From positions 1 to 64,000 of the forward strand of contig JBEKIG010000001.1 in NCBI GenBank assembly GCA_050011875.1: a DNA stretch of 64,000 bases, written 5' to 3'. Below the pieces are notes generated by a model that saw only the letters and a program-made list of their open reading frames with translations, did no database searches and was not told the origin of the DNA. The position numbers were made by a program, and so were the translations under genes. How positions within the stretch are numbered: the stretch's first letter is position 1; each line of letters starts with the position of its first letter. Shown in pieces: positions 41,061 to 51,687 of this stretch. The DNA is from Nitrososphaeria archaeon (GTDB lineage: Archaea > Thermoproteota > Nitrososphaeria > JACIWG01).

Positions 41061-41304
41061 CATGATATTTTATAGCAATCTCTTTGTGCTGAGATTTGAT
41101 ATCATGTATACTAAGATCGGTAACCTAAACCACCACCTCTAGTGCATGATAAACTTAGTCCTTCATTACTAATATAAATGATAGGAGGTAGTATCTATAA
41201 GAGGAGTAGCTGGTAAAAGCAATAGATCATCGATAACAAGCCCTTTGTAGTAGTCTTCTGAAGTTCGAGAGAAGATAAGACTGTTCAATTCAACCTATGA
41301 GACC

Positions 41305-41673
41305 TTGCAACAGCTGAAGAATTCCTTCAAACTTGGAATAGTCTCAGACTGCCAAGTAGACTACGCTATACCAGAACTCAAAATACTTGAAGTTCATGAC
41401 TTTTTCGATTCAATAATCATTTCAGGAGACTACGGCTTTCGAAAACCTGATACGAGACTTTTTAACCAATGTCTTTCAAACCTATGGGTTTCAAACAATG
41501 ACGTGATATTCGTCGGGAACGATTTCTTCAGGGACATAAACAGAGCAAAGTCTGCTGGTTTAAGAACAGTACTGTTTGGAGACCAAAAAAGACCTTTTGA
41601 TAGAACATTGCCAGAGCCAGAATTTAGAATCAATCGACTTTTCCAGCTATGGGACGTCATCCAAAGATTGTAA
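41305..41673 (+). pseudogene. HAD-family hydrolase, 5'-truncated
   Basis: GIVSD, RKPD and FVGND motifs present; the N-terminal DxDxT motif is missing. Confidence 0.75.
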
Positions 41674-41735
41674 CCATGAAAAAGGTAATCCGATAATCAA
41701 AACATCTCCAAAAAAAGTTTAGAAGAAAAAGTGTT

Positions 41736-41818
41736 TGCCAACTTGCTTGCTTAAATGTAGCTAGTGTCACGCTCTTTTTATGTGAAGATATTACTATGCT
41801 TAAGCAGTAAAGTTAGAA
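41736..41818 (+). other. attC-like imperfect palindrome
   Basis: TGCCAAC-TTGCT-TGCTTAA...TTAAGCA-GTAAA-GTTAGAA has R/L box spacing like integron attC sites. Confidence 0.4.
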
Positions 41819-41890
41819 GGGCGTTTTCAAGCGCGCGAGCGCGTGACTATTTTAAAGAAGAAACACAGAACATAGTGGGTGGTGTGGAGA

Positions 41891-42271
41891 ATGGAGTTCA
41901 TATACACTGGTATTCGTGTCAAAGACCTAGATCGTTCAGTGGAGTTTTACACGAAGACAATGGGCATGAAAGAAGTGCGCAGAGGAAAAATGGAGGCGGG
42001 GGGAATCTGGGTAGAACTGAAAAGCAAGAATTCAGATCATCCGCTTGAGTTGAACTATTATCCGCCGGGAAGCAGGTTCTATGAGATGTATGTTGAAGGC
42101 TCAGAGTTAGATCACTTAGCGTTCGCATGCGATGACGTTCGAAAAAGCTACAAGAAAGCACTCGCAGGAGGTGCCACAGCGGCCATTGAGCCTTGGGATG
42201 AAGGCGGATCTACTCTGGCTTTTGTGAGAGATCCAAGCGGCGTCTGGATCGAACTGCATAGCAGAACCTAG
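41891..42271 (+). CDS. VOC / glyoxalase family protein
   Basis: TGIRVKDLDRSVEFY, LELNYY, LDHLAF and DPSGVWIEL motifs. Confidence 0.9.
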   Translation: MEFIYTGIRVKDLDRSVEFYTKTMGMKEVRRGKMEAGGIWVELKSKNSDHPLELNYYPPGSRFYEMYVEGSELDHLAFACDDVRKSYKKALAGGATAAIEPWDEGGSTLAFVRDPSGVWIELHSRT

Positions 42272-42820
42272 CGCGCATTGTATAACATCACTGAGTTGAT
42301 ATCAGATGGTAGACAAGCAAGATTTCAAGAAAACGATAGTGCTATTTAACAAAAGTATTATATGATAGCAGGAACTCAAAATGTCTTAAACTCATTGAGT
42401 TGTTTGAATACATTCATGTCGGTCGCCCCTAATGATTCAATATTTTCTGTAGCAAGCATAAAAATCTCTTTTGTAATACACTTAGCTCGAGATCCTATTG
42501 TTAATTTTTGTGCGACTTGGGCAAGGTATGCAAAAGAGATAATCAGTGCCATAGGAAACCAAATAAGCTCGTCGTTCGTGATCTTACCATCAAAAATACA
42601 TTTCTTCCTGAATATTTAAAAGATGTCTCCTACTTTTGCCTTCTTGATTAATTCAATTCTCGAGCATCCTCCACAAAAAAGCAATTATCTTTAATTTGAC
42701 TGAATATAATGATTCAAAATGCCAGCCAGTAATCAATATTTCTGCCTTTTTATAACATAATGCTCTTTAAAGTGTTTAAAGTTTATAATTAGAGTACTTT
42801 TTTAGATGAGGGCTGATGGA

Positions 42821-42880
42821 AGGATTCAAAGCGTGACAGGCTTCAACAACAGTCTGAAGGTCGATTGGATCCCAAATGAA
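42821..42880 (+). pseudogene. Internal fragment homologous to ORF 51119-51490
   Basis: RIQSVTGFNNSLKVDWIPN vs RLQSLTGLNGNLKVNWIPD. Confidence 0.7.
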
Positions 42881-43002
42881 TTGCATTACGTTGAACATTT
42901 GCATGCATTTATCTATTTATATCTTGCTACTATTGGCTTAGCTATTACTGTTTATTGTGGTACTGCCTTTTTCTGCGTCTGGTGCTTCTTTCTTCTAGCT
43001 GT

Positions 43003-43746
43003 TTATGCGTAACCTTCTGTTATGGAAGCATTTTTTTCTCTTCTAATTAGCCTGCTTGACAAAATCAACAATACAATTGACAGCGCACCAACTACGCCAG
43101 CAATAAGCAGCTCAATTAAGACACCGATAAAAAACGGTAAAATATAAGCAAGTAGGAAAGTGTGAAAGACAATCCACGAGCCAAGCATTAAAGCAAGAGG
43201 ACTATTGGCACCTACTCTCTGCTTTTGTAACGAGCTGAAAGCAACCATAGCAACTGTAACAAAAGAGACGACTGAGAAACCTAACGCGGCAGTGACAGCT
43301 AACACCACTAAACCTAAAATGATGGTAACTTGTGTTCCTATAACCACACTTATTACGACATTGACTGTAAATTCGGCAATGAAAATAGTAAGCGCCAAGA
43401 AGAGCGCGGCTTTTAAGTAACGCTTAAAGATGTCGCCTTGATTCCACCCAAGCGAAAGCAAGTACTCTAAAACACCGTTATTTTTGTCATAAACATACAG
43501 CAGAATAACAGGCATTGCGAAAAGAAGAATTCCCAGAACCAAAGGCGTAACAGAAGCAAGCGCGACCCTGCCATTTACAAGGACATTTATAGTTAAAACG
43601 TTGCCGAAATTTAATACCAAGATCCCAATGGAAGCAAGAACAATCCCCATTACATATTGTATTTTGTTTAAACTGAGGCTTCGCTTAGCAAAAGTTAATG
43701 CACTATTTGGCAATTTGCTGTGACTCCTTTTGAGTTTTTTCCACAT
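43003..43746 (-). CDS. ABC-2 type permease
   Basis: Six TM segments, YDKNNGVLEYLLSLG loop; overlaps the ATPase gene; start inferred at MWKKL. Confidence 0.8.
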   Translation of the reverse strand: MWKKLKRSHSKLPNSALTFAKRSLSLNKIQYVMGIVLASIGILVLNFGNVLTINVLVNGRVALASVTPLVLGILLFAMPVILLYVYDKNNGVLEYLLSLGWNQGDIFKRYLKAALFLALTIFIAEFTVNVVISVVIGTQVTIILGLVVLAVTAALGFSVVSFVTVAMVAFSSLQKQRVGANSPLALMLGSWIVFHTFLLAYILPFFIGVLIELLIAGVVGALSIVLLILSSRLIRREKNASITEGYA

Positions 43747-44599
43747 TTCTTTTGGGTATCTCGAAAAGTTCTTGCAACGGATTATCAAGCTGACGCATTT
43801 CAGTGACCAAAACACCATTTTCAACCAATTTTCTTAAAGCAAGCCCTGCTTCCTCAGGGCTAGACACATTCAAAACAAAGTAATCGCCCTCACCACGTCG
43901 GGCATCTATAATCTTAGATATGTCCGTTGAGGCTTTAATGCCTACTCGGTACTGTTTCGGTTTAATGTTTGAGATTTTATCAAACAATGTTACCGAACCA
44001 TTCTTGATCAGAATCAGGTAAGTTCCAATGTCAGTTGCTTCATAGAGGTTATGTGAAGAGTACAAAATCATTTTGTTCTTACTTAATTTTAGGATAATAT
44101 CTCGAATTTCCTTTGAAATTGACGGGTCTAAATTCGCAGTGGGTTCGTCCAACAAATACAAATCTCTCTCGAAAAGAAACACTTTTGCAATGGCAGCTCT
44201 CTTTTTTTGTCCTTGCGAAAGGTCAGAGAACCTTTTATTTTTCAGTTGACCAAGGTCCAGCAGATCAATCACTTCGTCTGGATCTCCGCCTTCTATATCA
44301 GAGTAAAACTTAAGCGCGTTATACACAGTCATCTCTTCAGGCATTGCATTGTACTGTGAGAGATAGCTTATTTTTGTTCTCGCCTTGCCTGATGTGGTTA
44401 TGTTTTGGTCGTCGAAAAGAATCTTGCCGCTAAATGGCTCTAGTATGCCAGCGATTGTTCTAAACAATGTTGTCTTGCCTGCGCCGTTTGGTCCTAAAAC
44501 AACGTATATTGACGGCTCTTTCAGTTTAAAGCTGATATCGTGCAAAACGGCTTGCCCATTGTAACCAGAAGTTACGTTATTCAATTCCAAAACATGCAC
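43703..44599 (-). CDS. ABC transporter ATP-binding protein
   Basis: GPNGAGKTT, LSQGQ, LLDEP and SSH motifs. Confidence 0.93.
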   Translation of the reverse strand: MHVLELNNVTSGYNGQAVLHDISFKLKEPSIYVVLGPNGAGKTTLFRTIAGILEPFSGKILFDDQNITTSGKARTKISYLSQYNAMPEEMTVYNALKFYSDIEGGDPDEVIDLLDLGQLKNKRFSDLSQGQKKRAAIAKVFLFERDLYLLDEPTANLDPSISKEIRDIILKLSKNKMILYSSHNLYEATDIGTYLILIKNGSVTLFDKISNIKPKQYRVGIKASTDISKIIDARRGEGDYFVLNVSSPEEAGLALRKLVENGVLVTEMRQLDNPLQELFEIPKRNVEKTQKESQQIAK

Positions 44600-44666
44600 T
44601 TCTAATTCACCTCATTTATTCAGGGATAATTTTAAAAATCTCCTCCTTTGGAACACTCATCAAACA

Positions 44667-44804
44667 TTAAACTTGTAGACAAACCGTGCGCCCTATGAGG
44701 GAGATAACAACGATTGCAAGAGTGGCTAGTAGAGCAAGCACCTTACGACCATAACGAGGATCAAACTTGTCTGAAGCTCTAGCTGAAGTTGAAATTTGTT
44801 CCAT
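44667..44804 (-). pseudogene. N-terminal stub of an MFS transporter
   Basis: MEQ...FDPRYGRKVLALLATLAIVVI (one TM segment) then abrupt end; divergent from the HTH-10 regulator. Confidence 0.5.
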
Positions 44805-44917
44805 GCTTTTTTTCACTCCACGTAATTCCATGATGCAAAGCCACCGGATTAAGGTTATAGCGAGCATATTCGCCTTTTTACACAAACTTATTTATTGTAC
44901 CAAATCAATTTCTATTT

Positions 44918-45643
44918 ATGCGCAGGATCGTTTTAGAGTGGTCAATAAAAGACCTAGAAAACCTAAAGGGCGTTGACAAATCTGGGGTAGAATTTTCGAA
45001 TCAGGAAATAAAGTCACTTGGGATACAGCGGGGTTTAAAGATGCTTGAGATGCTACAAAAGACAAAGTCGTTTGAGGTGCTGCACATTCTCAGAACTGAT
45101 CAAGACGAATTCGCATACATATTCAAGGTAGAAACCAAAGACCCTTCTTTCAACATTAAAGACCTATTATTAGAGTTGGTTCATGGCACCGAGGTCAAAC
45201 TGCAGCTTCTACAGCAGGAAAAGGAAGGAACTCGTACCTACTTCATCAAGGGAAAGCTTCCCCATCCAAGTCCTGAAACAAACAGCAAAAGAATTAATAT
45301 GTATCCACTCTTGCCATTTAGTTTCAGAGATGGAAAAGTTAGGGTTGCTTTGCTTGGAGATAATAACCAAGTGGAAGAGTTCCTTGAATTTGTCGAAAAA
45401 GCAGGGACTTTTAGGGTGGTTTCGCTTATGGATGCGAAGTTTTTGCCTAGTTCACCAGTTAACCGCTTAACTGGAAAACAACGAGATGCCATTATCTTAG
45501 CATTCAAACTTGGGTACTTCGATACGCCTCGGAAGATAAGTTCAGAGCAGCTTGCAACGAAGCTGGGTCTTGCTAGTTCCACTTTGGCAATACATCTAAG
45601 GAGAGCCGAACGCCGCTTACTCGCTGAGATGTTAAACGAATAA
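44918..45643 (+). CDS. HTH-10 (bacterio-opsin-activator-type) transcriptional regulator
   Basis: LTGKQRDAIILAFKLGYFDTPRK...LA...ST...HLRRAE. Confidence 0.9.
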   Translation: MRRIVLEWSIKDLENLKGVDKSGVEFSNQEIKSLGIQRGLKMLEMLQKTKSFEVLHILRTDQDEFAYIFKVETKDPSFNIKDLLLELVHGTEVKLQLLQQEKEGTRTYFIKGKLPHPSPETNSKRINMYPLLPFSFRDGKVRVALLGDNNQVEEFLEFVEKAGTFRVVSLMDAKFLPSSPVNRLTGKQRDAIILAFKLGYFDTPRKISSEQLATKLGLASSTLAIHLRRAERRLLAEMLNE

Positions 45644-45834
45644 CACCTAGCTAGCCACCTGACCAATCAAAGGGATTTCTCGCATTTTCTATATCTACTT
45701 TTATATAGATCTGACAGGATCCAGTATTCGAAATTATACCTCTTTTTCCATAAGTAATAATCTTTGATCTCATTTAATAACGCTACAAGTTAGTAATCAT
45801 AAGAATTTTATACGACGATGTTTCCTATTCTTTT

Positions 45835-48800
45835 GTGCTCCAGACCCGTTTACCCGTTATCCAAGTATCATCTGAAAAGAAAGAAAATCTTGACAAGAAA
45901 TTGGATGAAATTTATCAGAACATAAAGAACAGATTCAAGGTTTTTGGAACATTCCAAGACGTGTTAACCAATTCAGCAAACTATTCTTCATCTAATTTAA
46001 AGGATGAACAGGCTCCAGAAGAATTCACAAAAAGAACTATCATAGAACCGTTAATCGATTTACTAGGTTTTGAGATAGTCCCTGAAACAGTCTTACCCTC
46101 ACCCGGTGGAAGAAAAGAACCAGATTACATAATCAGGCCTAAAAACCAACAAAGCCCTGTCTTCTATATGGAGGCCGAACCACTGAATACAGATCTTCAT
46201 AGTAAAGGAAAAGGCGTCTGGCAAGTAAACGACTGGTTACTATCAAGGGCTTCAAAAACTGATTACGGTATAGCCACTGATGGATTCACATGGATATTGC
46301 TCAAATTTGACATCGTTTCAGCTCAAAGTAAGGAAGTCTTAAAGGTGAATTTAAGTACTATTTTAATTAGAAAGCTGAATCCAACCGCATTTATTAGTGA
46401 TGATGACATAGAAAGAGCGAAGTCAGACTTTTTGACTTTTGATTGTGAATACATTTCCCATTTCCTTGAAGGTTATTTAGAAATTATCGAGAAAGAAAAG
46501 GAAGAGATATCGAAAAGATTTTACAGCGACTACGTGAGATATGTCTTTGGATACGACGAAGCTGGAAACGCCATTAAGGGCGTAAGCTTGTTTAACAAAG
46601 TTGTACCTCCATCTGCAACTAATGACAATGATATGAAGTTGTTTTCTGTTATATTCATGAACAGGATAATGTTCATCAGATTTCTTGAAGAAAAAAGAAT
46701 AGTGCCAAAGGACCTTTTGAAGAATTTGATGGACAGGTATAAGTCATCTGGAACTCCAAGCACTTTTTATGATACGTATCTGAAGCCTCTTTTCTATGAT
46801 GTCTTTAACAAGGGCAAAGAAAGTAGGCCCTCTGCGGTGAAAAGCAACCCATTTTATGCCCAGATTCCCTATTTAAATGGTGGCCTGTTCAGAGAGGTAG
46901 TCGGGAACGAAGGGAACTATACCATAGAAAATGAGGGCGTACAGCTTGTTATAGAAAATCTTCTGGAAAAATATAGCTTCGGCCTAGATTCTGGAATAAA
47001 TCCAGACATATTGGGTTATATCTTCGAAAAGACAATCAACTTCATTTCAGGGACAGGAACTAACCAACAGAAGATGGAGGGAGCTTACTACACCCCTGAT
47101 GACGTAGTAGAATTCATAATAGATCAAACATTGACTCCAATCATTTTTAACAAGATGATCGAAGGCTTGAAAAAAGCTGGGTGGAATGATGTAGATCTGA
47201 AGGGTTACAATTCAATAGAGGATATTATGGATCCACAGAATATTCCGAAGAATCCGATTCATATTAAGAAGATGATTGAGTCGCTTGAGACGATTAAAGT
47301 ACTGGATCCCGCTTGTGGTTCAGGCCACTTTCTAACTGCTATGCTTTCACAGATCCTCCGGGTCAAAGAAGATTTACTGATTACTATTAAAGAGAATATT
47401 GAAAGATATAAATTAAAAAGAGACATTATTTCGCAAAACCTGTTCGGAGTCGACATCGACAAAAACGCTGTTGAAATAGCTCGGTTGAGGCTATGGCTTT
47501 CGATAATAGAGGAAGTTGAAGACCCTCAACATGTTGACACCCTCCCCAACATTGATTTCAATATCTTCGTAGGAAATAGTCTGATTGGCTGGTTTGATGA
47601 AAATCTTTTGATGCATCCTTTAGTTGGTTTATTGGACGATCCTGACGTGCAAAGTACACTTCATAGCCTTGGTGCGTCCTATGGGACCAAAATAGATGAA
47701 GTTGAGGAACGCCTTCGAAAAAATCGCTTGGATGACACAATTGAGGCCTATAGAACACTTTCAGAGATATACGCTTCAGAATCAGGAGAACGAGCTGTAA
47801 AGATAAGAGAAATATTGGAAAATATCAGGAATAAATTATATGAAGTAATAAATCGTTCCTATCTTGATTTTATTAATCGAAAAGGTAATCTAAATAAAAA
47901 GATATTCTATGAGTTAGGGAAGAACATTTCTAATAGAATGCCTTTTCACTGGAGAATTGATTTCGAACATATAATTAAAGAGGGAGGCTTTGATACAATT
48001 GTTGGAAATCCGCCATATATAGAAGATAGAAATTACAACATGATCGATCTTGAAATTATAAAGTGTATGAGAAAGGGGAAGAAAAAAGTCGTAGAACCCC
48101 TTTTCTTTTATTCAATAAGTTGTGGAAATACGTATGCCTACTTTATCGAAAGATCGATTGAACTGTTAAAACAAAATGGTAAATTTGGATTCATAGTTCC
48201 TATTGCCCTCGTATCCACTGATAGAATGGATGATGTAAGAGAAATTATTTATAAAAATTCATCTGAAGTTAAATACTACAATTTCGATGACCGCCCGGGC
48301 AAAATATTCAGTGGAATAGAAGATTGTAGGTCAACGATCGTAATAACGAAAAAAGGAACTGGAGTAGATAAAATAACTACGAGTAAATACCACAGATGGT
48401 ACACAAGAGATAGACCAAAAGTATTCAAAAATCTCCAAACAAGCGATTGGTATATCGTGGATCCCAAAGGAATCGTACCAAAAATAGGCACCAACATTGA
48501 GAAGGCTATACTGAACAAACTCGATCAGAAATCAAAGGGTAAAACAGTGGAGAACTTTGTAGAAGATATCGGTGTCAAAATATGGTATCATAATGCACCA
48601 CGATATTGGATTCACGCTCATCCAGAGAATTACTTACCATCTGTCGAATATTATGAAAACTATGAAACAAATACTGACACTGGCGAGGTTGTACTAAATA
48701 ACCTAAAGGAAAAGCAAATATCATCACATTACAAGCCTTTGATCTTTGCGAAGGAAAGTTTTGATGGCATCCTTGGTCTACTTAACAGTTCTTTGTTCTA

Positions 48801-49137
48801 CTGGTGGTTCATTGTCTGGTCTGACGGAAGGGACCTCTTGGCAGATCATATACACAGTTTTCCGATAGATATAAAGAACTTCCCTGACAATTTTAAAGAA
48901 AAACTCAAACTATTGGTAAATGGTTTGATGGAAAATTATGATAAAACATCTAACATCAAAATAAACGTGAGATCTGGTGGATATGCTATAAAGATAAAGG
49001 AGATAATTCCATCCAAGTCAAAGAATATCATCGATCAGATTGATGAAATATTTGCAGATTACTTTGGATTCACAGAAGATGAAAGAAAATTCATCAGGGA
49101 ATTCGACATAGAATTCAGAATAAAAAGTGAGTCATAA
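45835..49137 (+). CDS. Type IIG restriction-modification fusion enzyme (Eco57I-like, N6-adenine methyltransferase)
   Basis: N-terminal PDY...EAE nuclease-like domain, YLNGGLF, GAYYTP, DPACGSG (motif I), GNPPY (motif IV), C-terminal LLNSSL target-recognition region. Confidence 0.9.
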   Translation: MLQTRLPVIQVSSEKKENLDKKLDEIYQNIKNRFKVFGTFQDVLTNSANYSSSNLKDEQAPEEFTKRTIIEPLIDLLGFEIVPETVLPSPGGRKEPDYIIRPKNQQSPVFYMEAEPLNTDLHSKGKGVWQVNDWLLSRASKTDYGIATDGFTWILLKFDIVSAQSKEVLKVNLSTILIRKLNPTAFISDDDIERAKSDFLTFDCEYISHFLEGYLEIIEKEKEEISKRFYSDYVRYVFGYDEAGNAIKGVSLFNKVVPPSATNDNDMKLFSVIFMNRIMFIRFLEEKRIVPKDLLKNLMDRYKSSGTPSTFYDTYLKPLFYDVFNKGKESRPSAVKSNPFYAQIPYLNGGLFREVVGNEGNYTIENEGVQLVIENLLEKYSFGLDSGINPDILGYIFEKTINFISGTGTNQQKMEGAYYTPDDVVEFIIDQTLTPIIFNKMIEGLKKAGWNDVDLKGYNSIEDIMDPQNIPKNPIHIKKMIESLETIKVLDPACGSGHFLTAMLSQILRVKEDLLITIKENIERYKLKRDIISQNLFGVDIDKNAVEIARLRLWLSIIEEVEDPQHVDTLPNIDFNIFVGNSLIGWFDENLLMHPLVGLLDDPDVQSTLHSLGASYGTKIDEVEERLRKNRLDDTIEAYRTLSEIYASESGERAVKIREILENIRNKLYEVINRSYLDFINRKGNLNKKIFYELGKNISNRMPFHWRIDFEHIIKEGGFDTIVGNPPYIEDRNYNMIDLEIIKCMRKGKKKVVEPLFFYSISCGNTYAYFIERSIELLKQNGKFGFIVPIALVSTDRMDDVREIIYKNSSEVKYYNFDDRPGKIFSGIEDCRSTIVITKKGTGVDKITTSKYHRWYTRDRPKVFKNLQTSDWYIVDPKGIVPKIGTNIEKAILNKLDQKSKGKTVENFVEDIGVKIWYHNAPRYWIHAHPENYLPSVEYYENYETNTDTGEVVLNNLKEKQISSHYKPLIFAKESFDGILGLLNSSLFYWWFIVWSDGRDLLADHIHSFPIDIKNFPDNFKEKLKLLVNGLMENYDKTSNIKINVRSGGYAIKIKEIIPSKSKNIIDQIDEIFADYFGFTEDERKFIREFDIEFRIKSES

Positions 49138-49347
49138 TTTTGCACTAATACGCCACTTTGCTACTCTTTTCTTGTAGACGTCAATCGTTTTGATACTTTC
49201 CCCGCTTTCCTTTCTAAAGCTAGATTATGTCAGATACAATATGGATCTACCAGTTGATAGACAGGCTGTGGAAAGTGCTTGACTTGTCCGGGGCAATACT
49301 TATTATACTAAATTTGCGTCATAAATTTAGCGGTAAAAACAAAGAAT

Positions 49348-49791
49348 TTGATTTACTGCTTTCTTCCATTAATTTCAGCAATGATATCTAATGTGATATT
49401 CTTGCTCCTCGCAAAGGCAGGAATGCGGTCAATGGGAGCTTCGGGTATAGACTATGGAATATTGGGGATAATTCTTGCAAACGTGTTAATGAATAGCACT
49501 TCTGGTGTAGAGTTTTATTTTCGAAAAATGTGCCGTGCTATTGTAGACAAATACAAACTACGTTTAACCATAATGAATTTAATTTATATTTTGAGCATCG
49601 CATTGTACTTAACTCTTCTCATTGCGATAGTGGGTTCCATCATTTCTCAACCATCAGATTTTCTAAACCTAAAACAAGGTGTAAACCCGATTGCGCACGC
49701 ATTCAGTTTTATGATCTCGTTTGCTGTATACCTTTTTATTGGTTTCAAGTATAGTAAGAGCCAAGTGATTAAGACATCTTTTTCGGCCTAA
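49348..49791 (+). pseudogene. Rhomboid-family intramembrane protease, probably 5'-truncated
   Basis: GASG catalytic Ser motif and AH catalytic His; N-terminal TM segments missing. Confidence 0.65.
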
Positions 49792-50086
49792 TGATGACTA
49801 TCCTATTGCCTCAAAAATCTGTCCATTGTTAAGAACCGCTATTATCTGCACAATACCAACAGGGTAAACGGTTTAGGGTGAGCCTTACCCTAAAAATAGA
49901 AAAGCAAGCCGGACATGAAAGCAAATATGCCTCTAAAGCGTCAAAAAAGGCGATTTTTATAGCTCTAAAATCGTCAACATGAGAGGGGGCTTGTCATTTT
50001 CTAAGGAATTTTGGGGGGGAACCGTGCGTGTATAATTAATTATAATATAAACCATTAAAATAATAGAATATTAGATTTTGCTCGAA

Positions 50087-50280
50087 CGGTGTCCCATTAT
50101 GTAATAATGGGACACCGACTGATGCAACATTATAGAATTATGTTGCATCGCTTTAAATAATAGAGCAAACATTCGTCATTTACCGAATATGTATTTATCG
50201 GTAATCAGTTAAATATGAGACAGAGGCTGACAAAAAAGGTAGCAAGCGCGAGTTGCCTATTATAAATTTATAGGTAACTC
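50087..50280. repeat. Array of four hairpins/palindromes with unrelated stems and a conserved 13-nt AT core
   Basis: Units at 50087-50117, 50121-50149, 50180-50204 and 50250-50280; ATGAGACAGAGGCT follows units 3 and 4. Confidence 0.85.
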
Positions 50281-50939
50281 ATTAAAGATGAGACAGAGGC
50301 TAAACAATAACGATAGAAAAATTGGACTTAATCCTTCCATATGTTATTTACCCAAGGAGATATAACTGACAAACGTAAGTCGTAAGGAATAATGTTCTTA
50401 TACGTAGCTACCTAGCGTTTGGCGTAATAATCGCTACTGCTCTGAACGACTCCTTGGCTCACACGACGTATCTGGAAGCACCGATATTAAAACAATGAAA
50501 GCATTTTATAATGCATCAAAAAGCGATGCAAAACCCTAATTGGCCTAACTGCGGAATAAGCATCAAAGTAATATTGTTAATGCCATGGCAGAAGACGGTA
50601 ATGAAAGGATTATTGCCAAAGTTTGATAAATAAACCTATCAAGATATGTCAAACCATGGAGAAAAGTTAGGTTTTAGACAGATATCCTCTGGTTATACAT
50701 GCAAAAAGTTATATAATAAAATGGGTAAGTTTTATAAACCCACCCACCCCCTTATAAACCAACCCCACCCGCCTGAGACCCGCCGTCCACGAGCAAGTTG
50801 GCCTAAAGGTGTGATCTACAATATGAGAAAGGAAAGAGAGCTGTTGGATTTAGTTGGGGATGGTTATGAGTAGAACCGTTGATATAACAGTGATTAAAGA
50901 TTTTGCGATACAACAGGTTTTCTACGGAGATGTTAGCAA

Positions 50940-51122
50940 ATGAAGCACTACCTAATACGCGTGATAAAATATTGTTGGAACCCACTTACAAAAAGCGTGC
51001 AGCAAAAGCCCGTAGCCAGCAAAAGCATTTCCATGCCCAAAGACCTAGATGCTAACACCATAAAAAATGTTCTGAACCTATTGACAAAGGAACTTTCCAC
51101 GCAAAAAGTTGATGAACAATGA
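50940..51122 (+). CDS. Small hypothetical protein
   Basis: 60 aa; ATGA overlap with the downstream ORF. Confidence 0.4.
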   Translation: MKHYLIRVIKYCWNPLTKSVQQKPVASKSISMPKDLDANTIKNVLNLLTKELSTQKVDEQ

Positions 51123-51490
51123 TAAAGTCCAAGGATCTCTCTAAGGCCCACAAGACAGGAGAGGAAGAGCAGGACGTTCAAATTGAGCTCGAAAGGGAGC
51201 TGAGCAGACTTCAGAGCTTAACGGGCCTAAACGGTAATCTAAAGGTCAATTGGATCCCGGATGGAAGCAGAGAGGTTCACGGTGAAGTCATAAGCGACGT
51301 AATCCACGTCTACGATGAAGACTTGGAGGAAGCGATTCGAACCCTAAAACACGAGTTCGTAGACTACTGTATAACAAGGGAAGTTGTCACACCTCTTGTC
51401 GACCTCGTGAACGCCTTGATAAAGAGCAGGGAAGCTGAAGTCTACAGGAGAAAGGAGAAGTTGGTAGAACTCTTTTCAAGCCTTATATAA
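51119..51490 (+). CDS. Element-associated hypothetical protein with a zincin-like HExxD motif
   Basis: GEV...IHVYD...TLKHEFVDY; synonymously diverged fragments elsewhere in the window support coding status. Confidence 0.8.
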   Translation: MIKSKDLSKAHKTGEEEQDVQIELERELSRLQSLTGLNGNLKVNWIPDGSREVHGEVISDVIHVYDEDLEEAIRTLKHEFVDYCITREVVTPLVDLVNALIKSREAEVYRRKEKLVELFSSLI

Positions 51491-51687
51491 ACCGTACTTC
51501 TCATAGAGACTATAAGAAAGCTGAATGATTACATATTAGATAAATCATGAATAATACTAAGAGTCATTATTAGAAAGAAGTCTTAATCACGTGTTCTTAC
51601 CATACCTTTGACATGTTCGGTTCTTTTGCCTCTCAAAGCTAGGTTAAAAGTTTAAATCATTTTCTTTTAATTTATTACTGTCAAATT

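Noticed and set aside
42340-42760. ORF 42362-42619 (+) and a decayed minus-strand frame
   Set aside because: The plus ORF looks like a shadow; the minus frame has several stops and no identifiable family.
50087-50300. CRISPR array interpretation of the hairpin cluster
   Set aside because: There are no identical direct repeats with regular spacers and no cas genes; the conserved part is only a 13-nt core.
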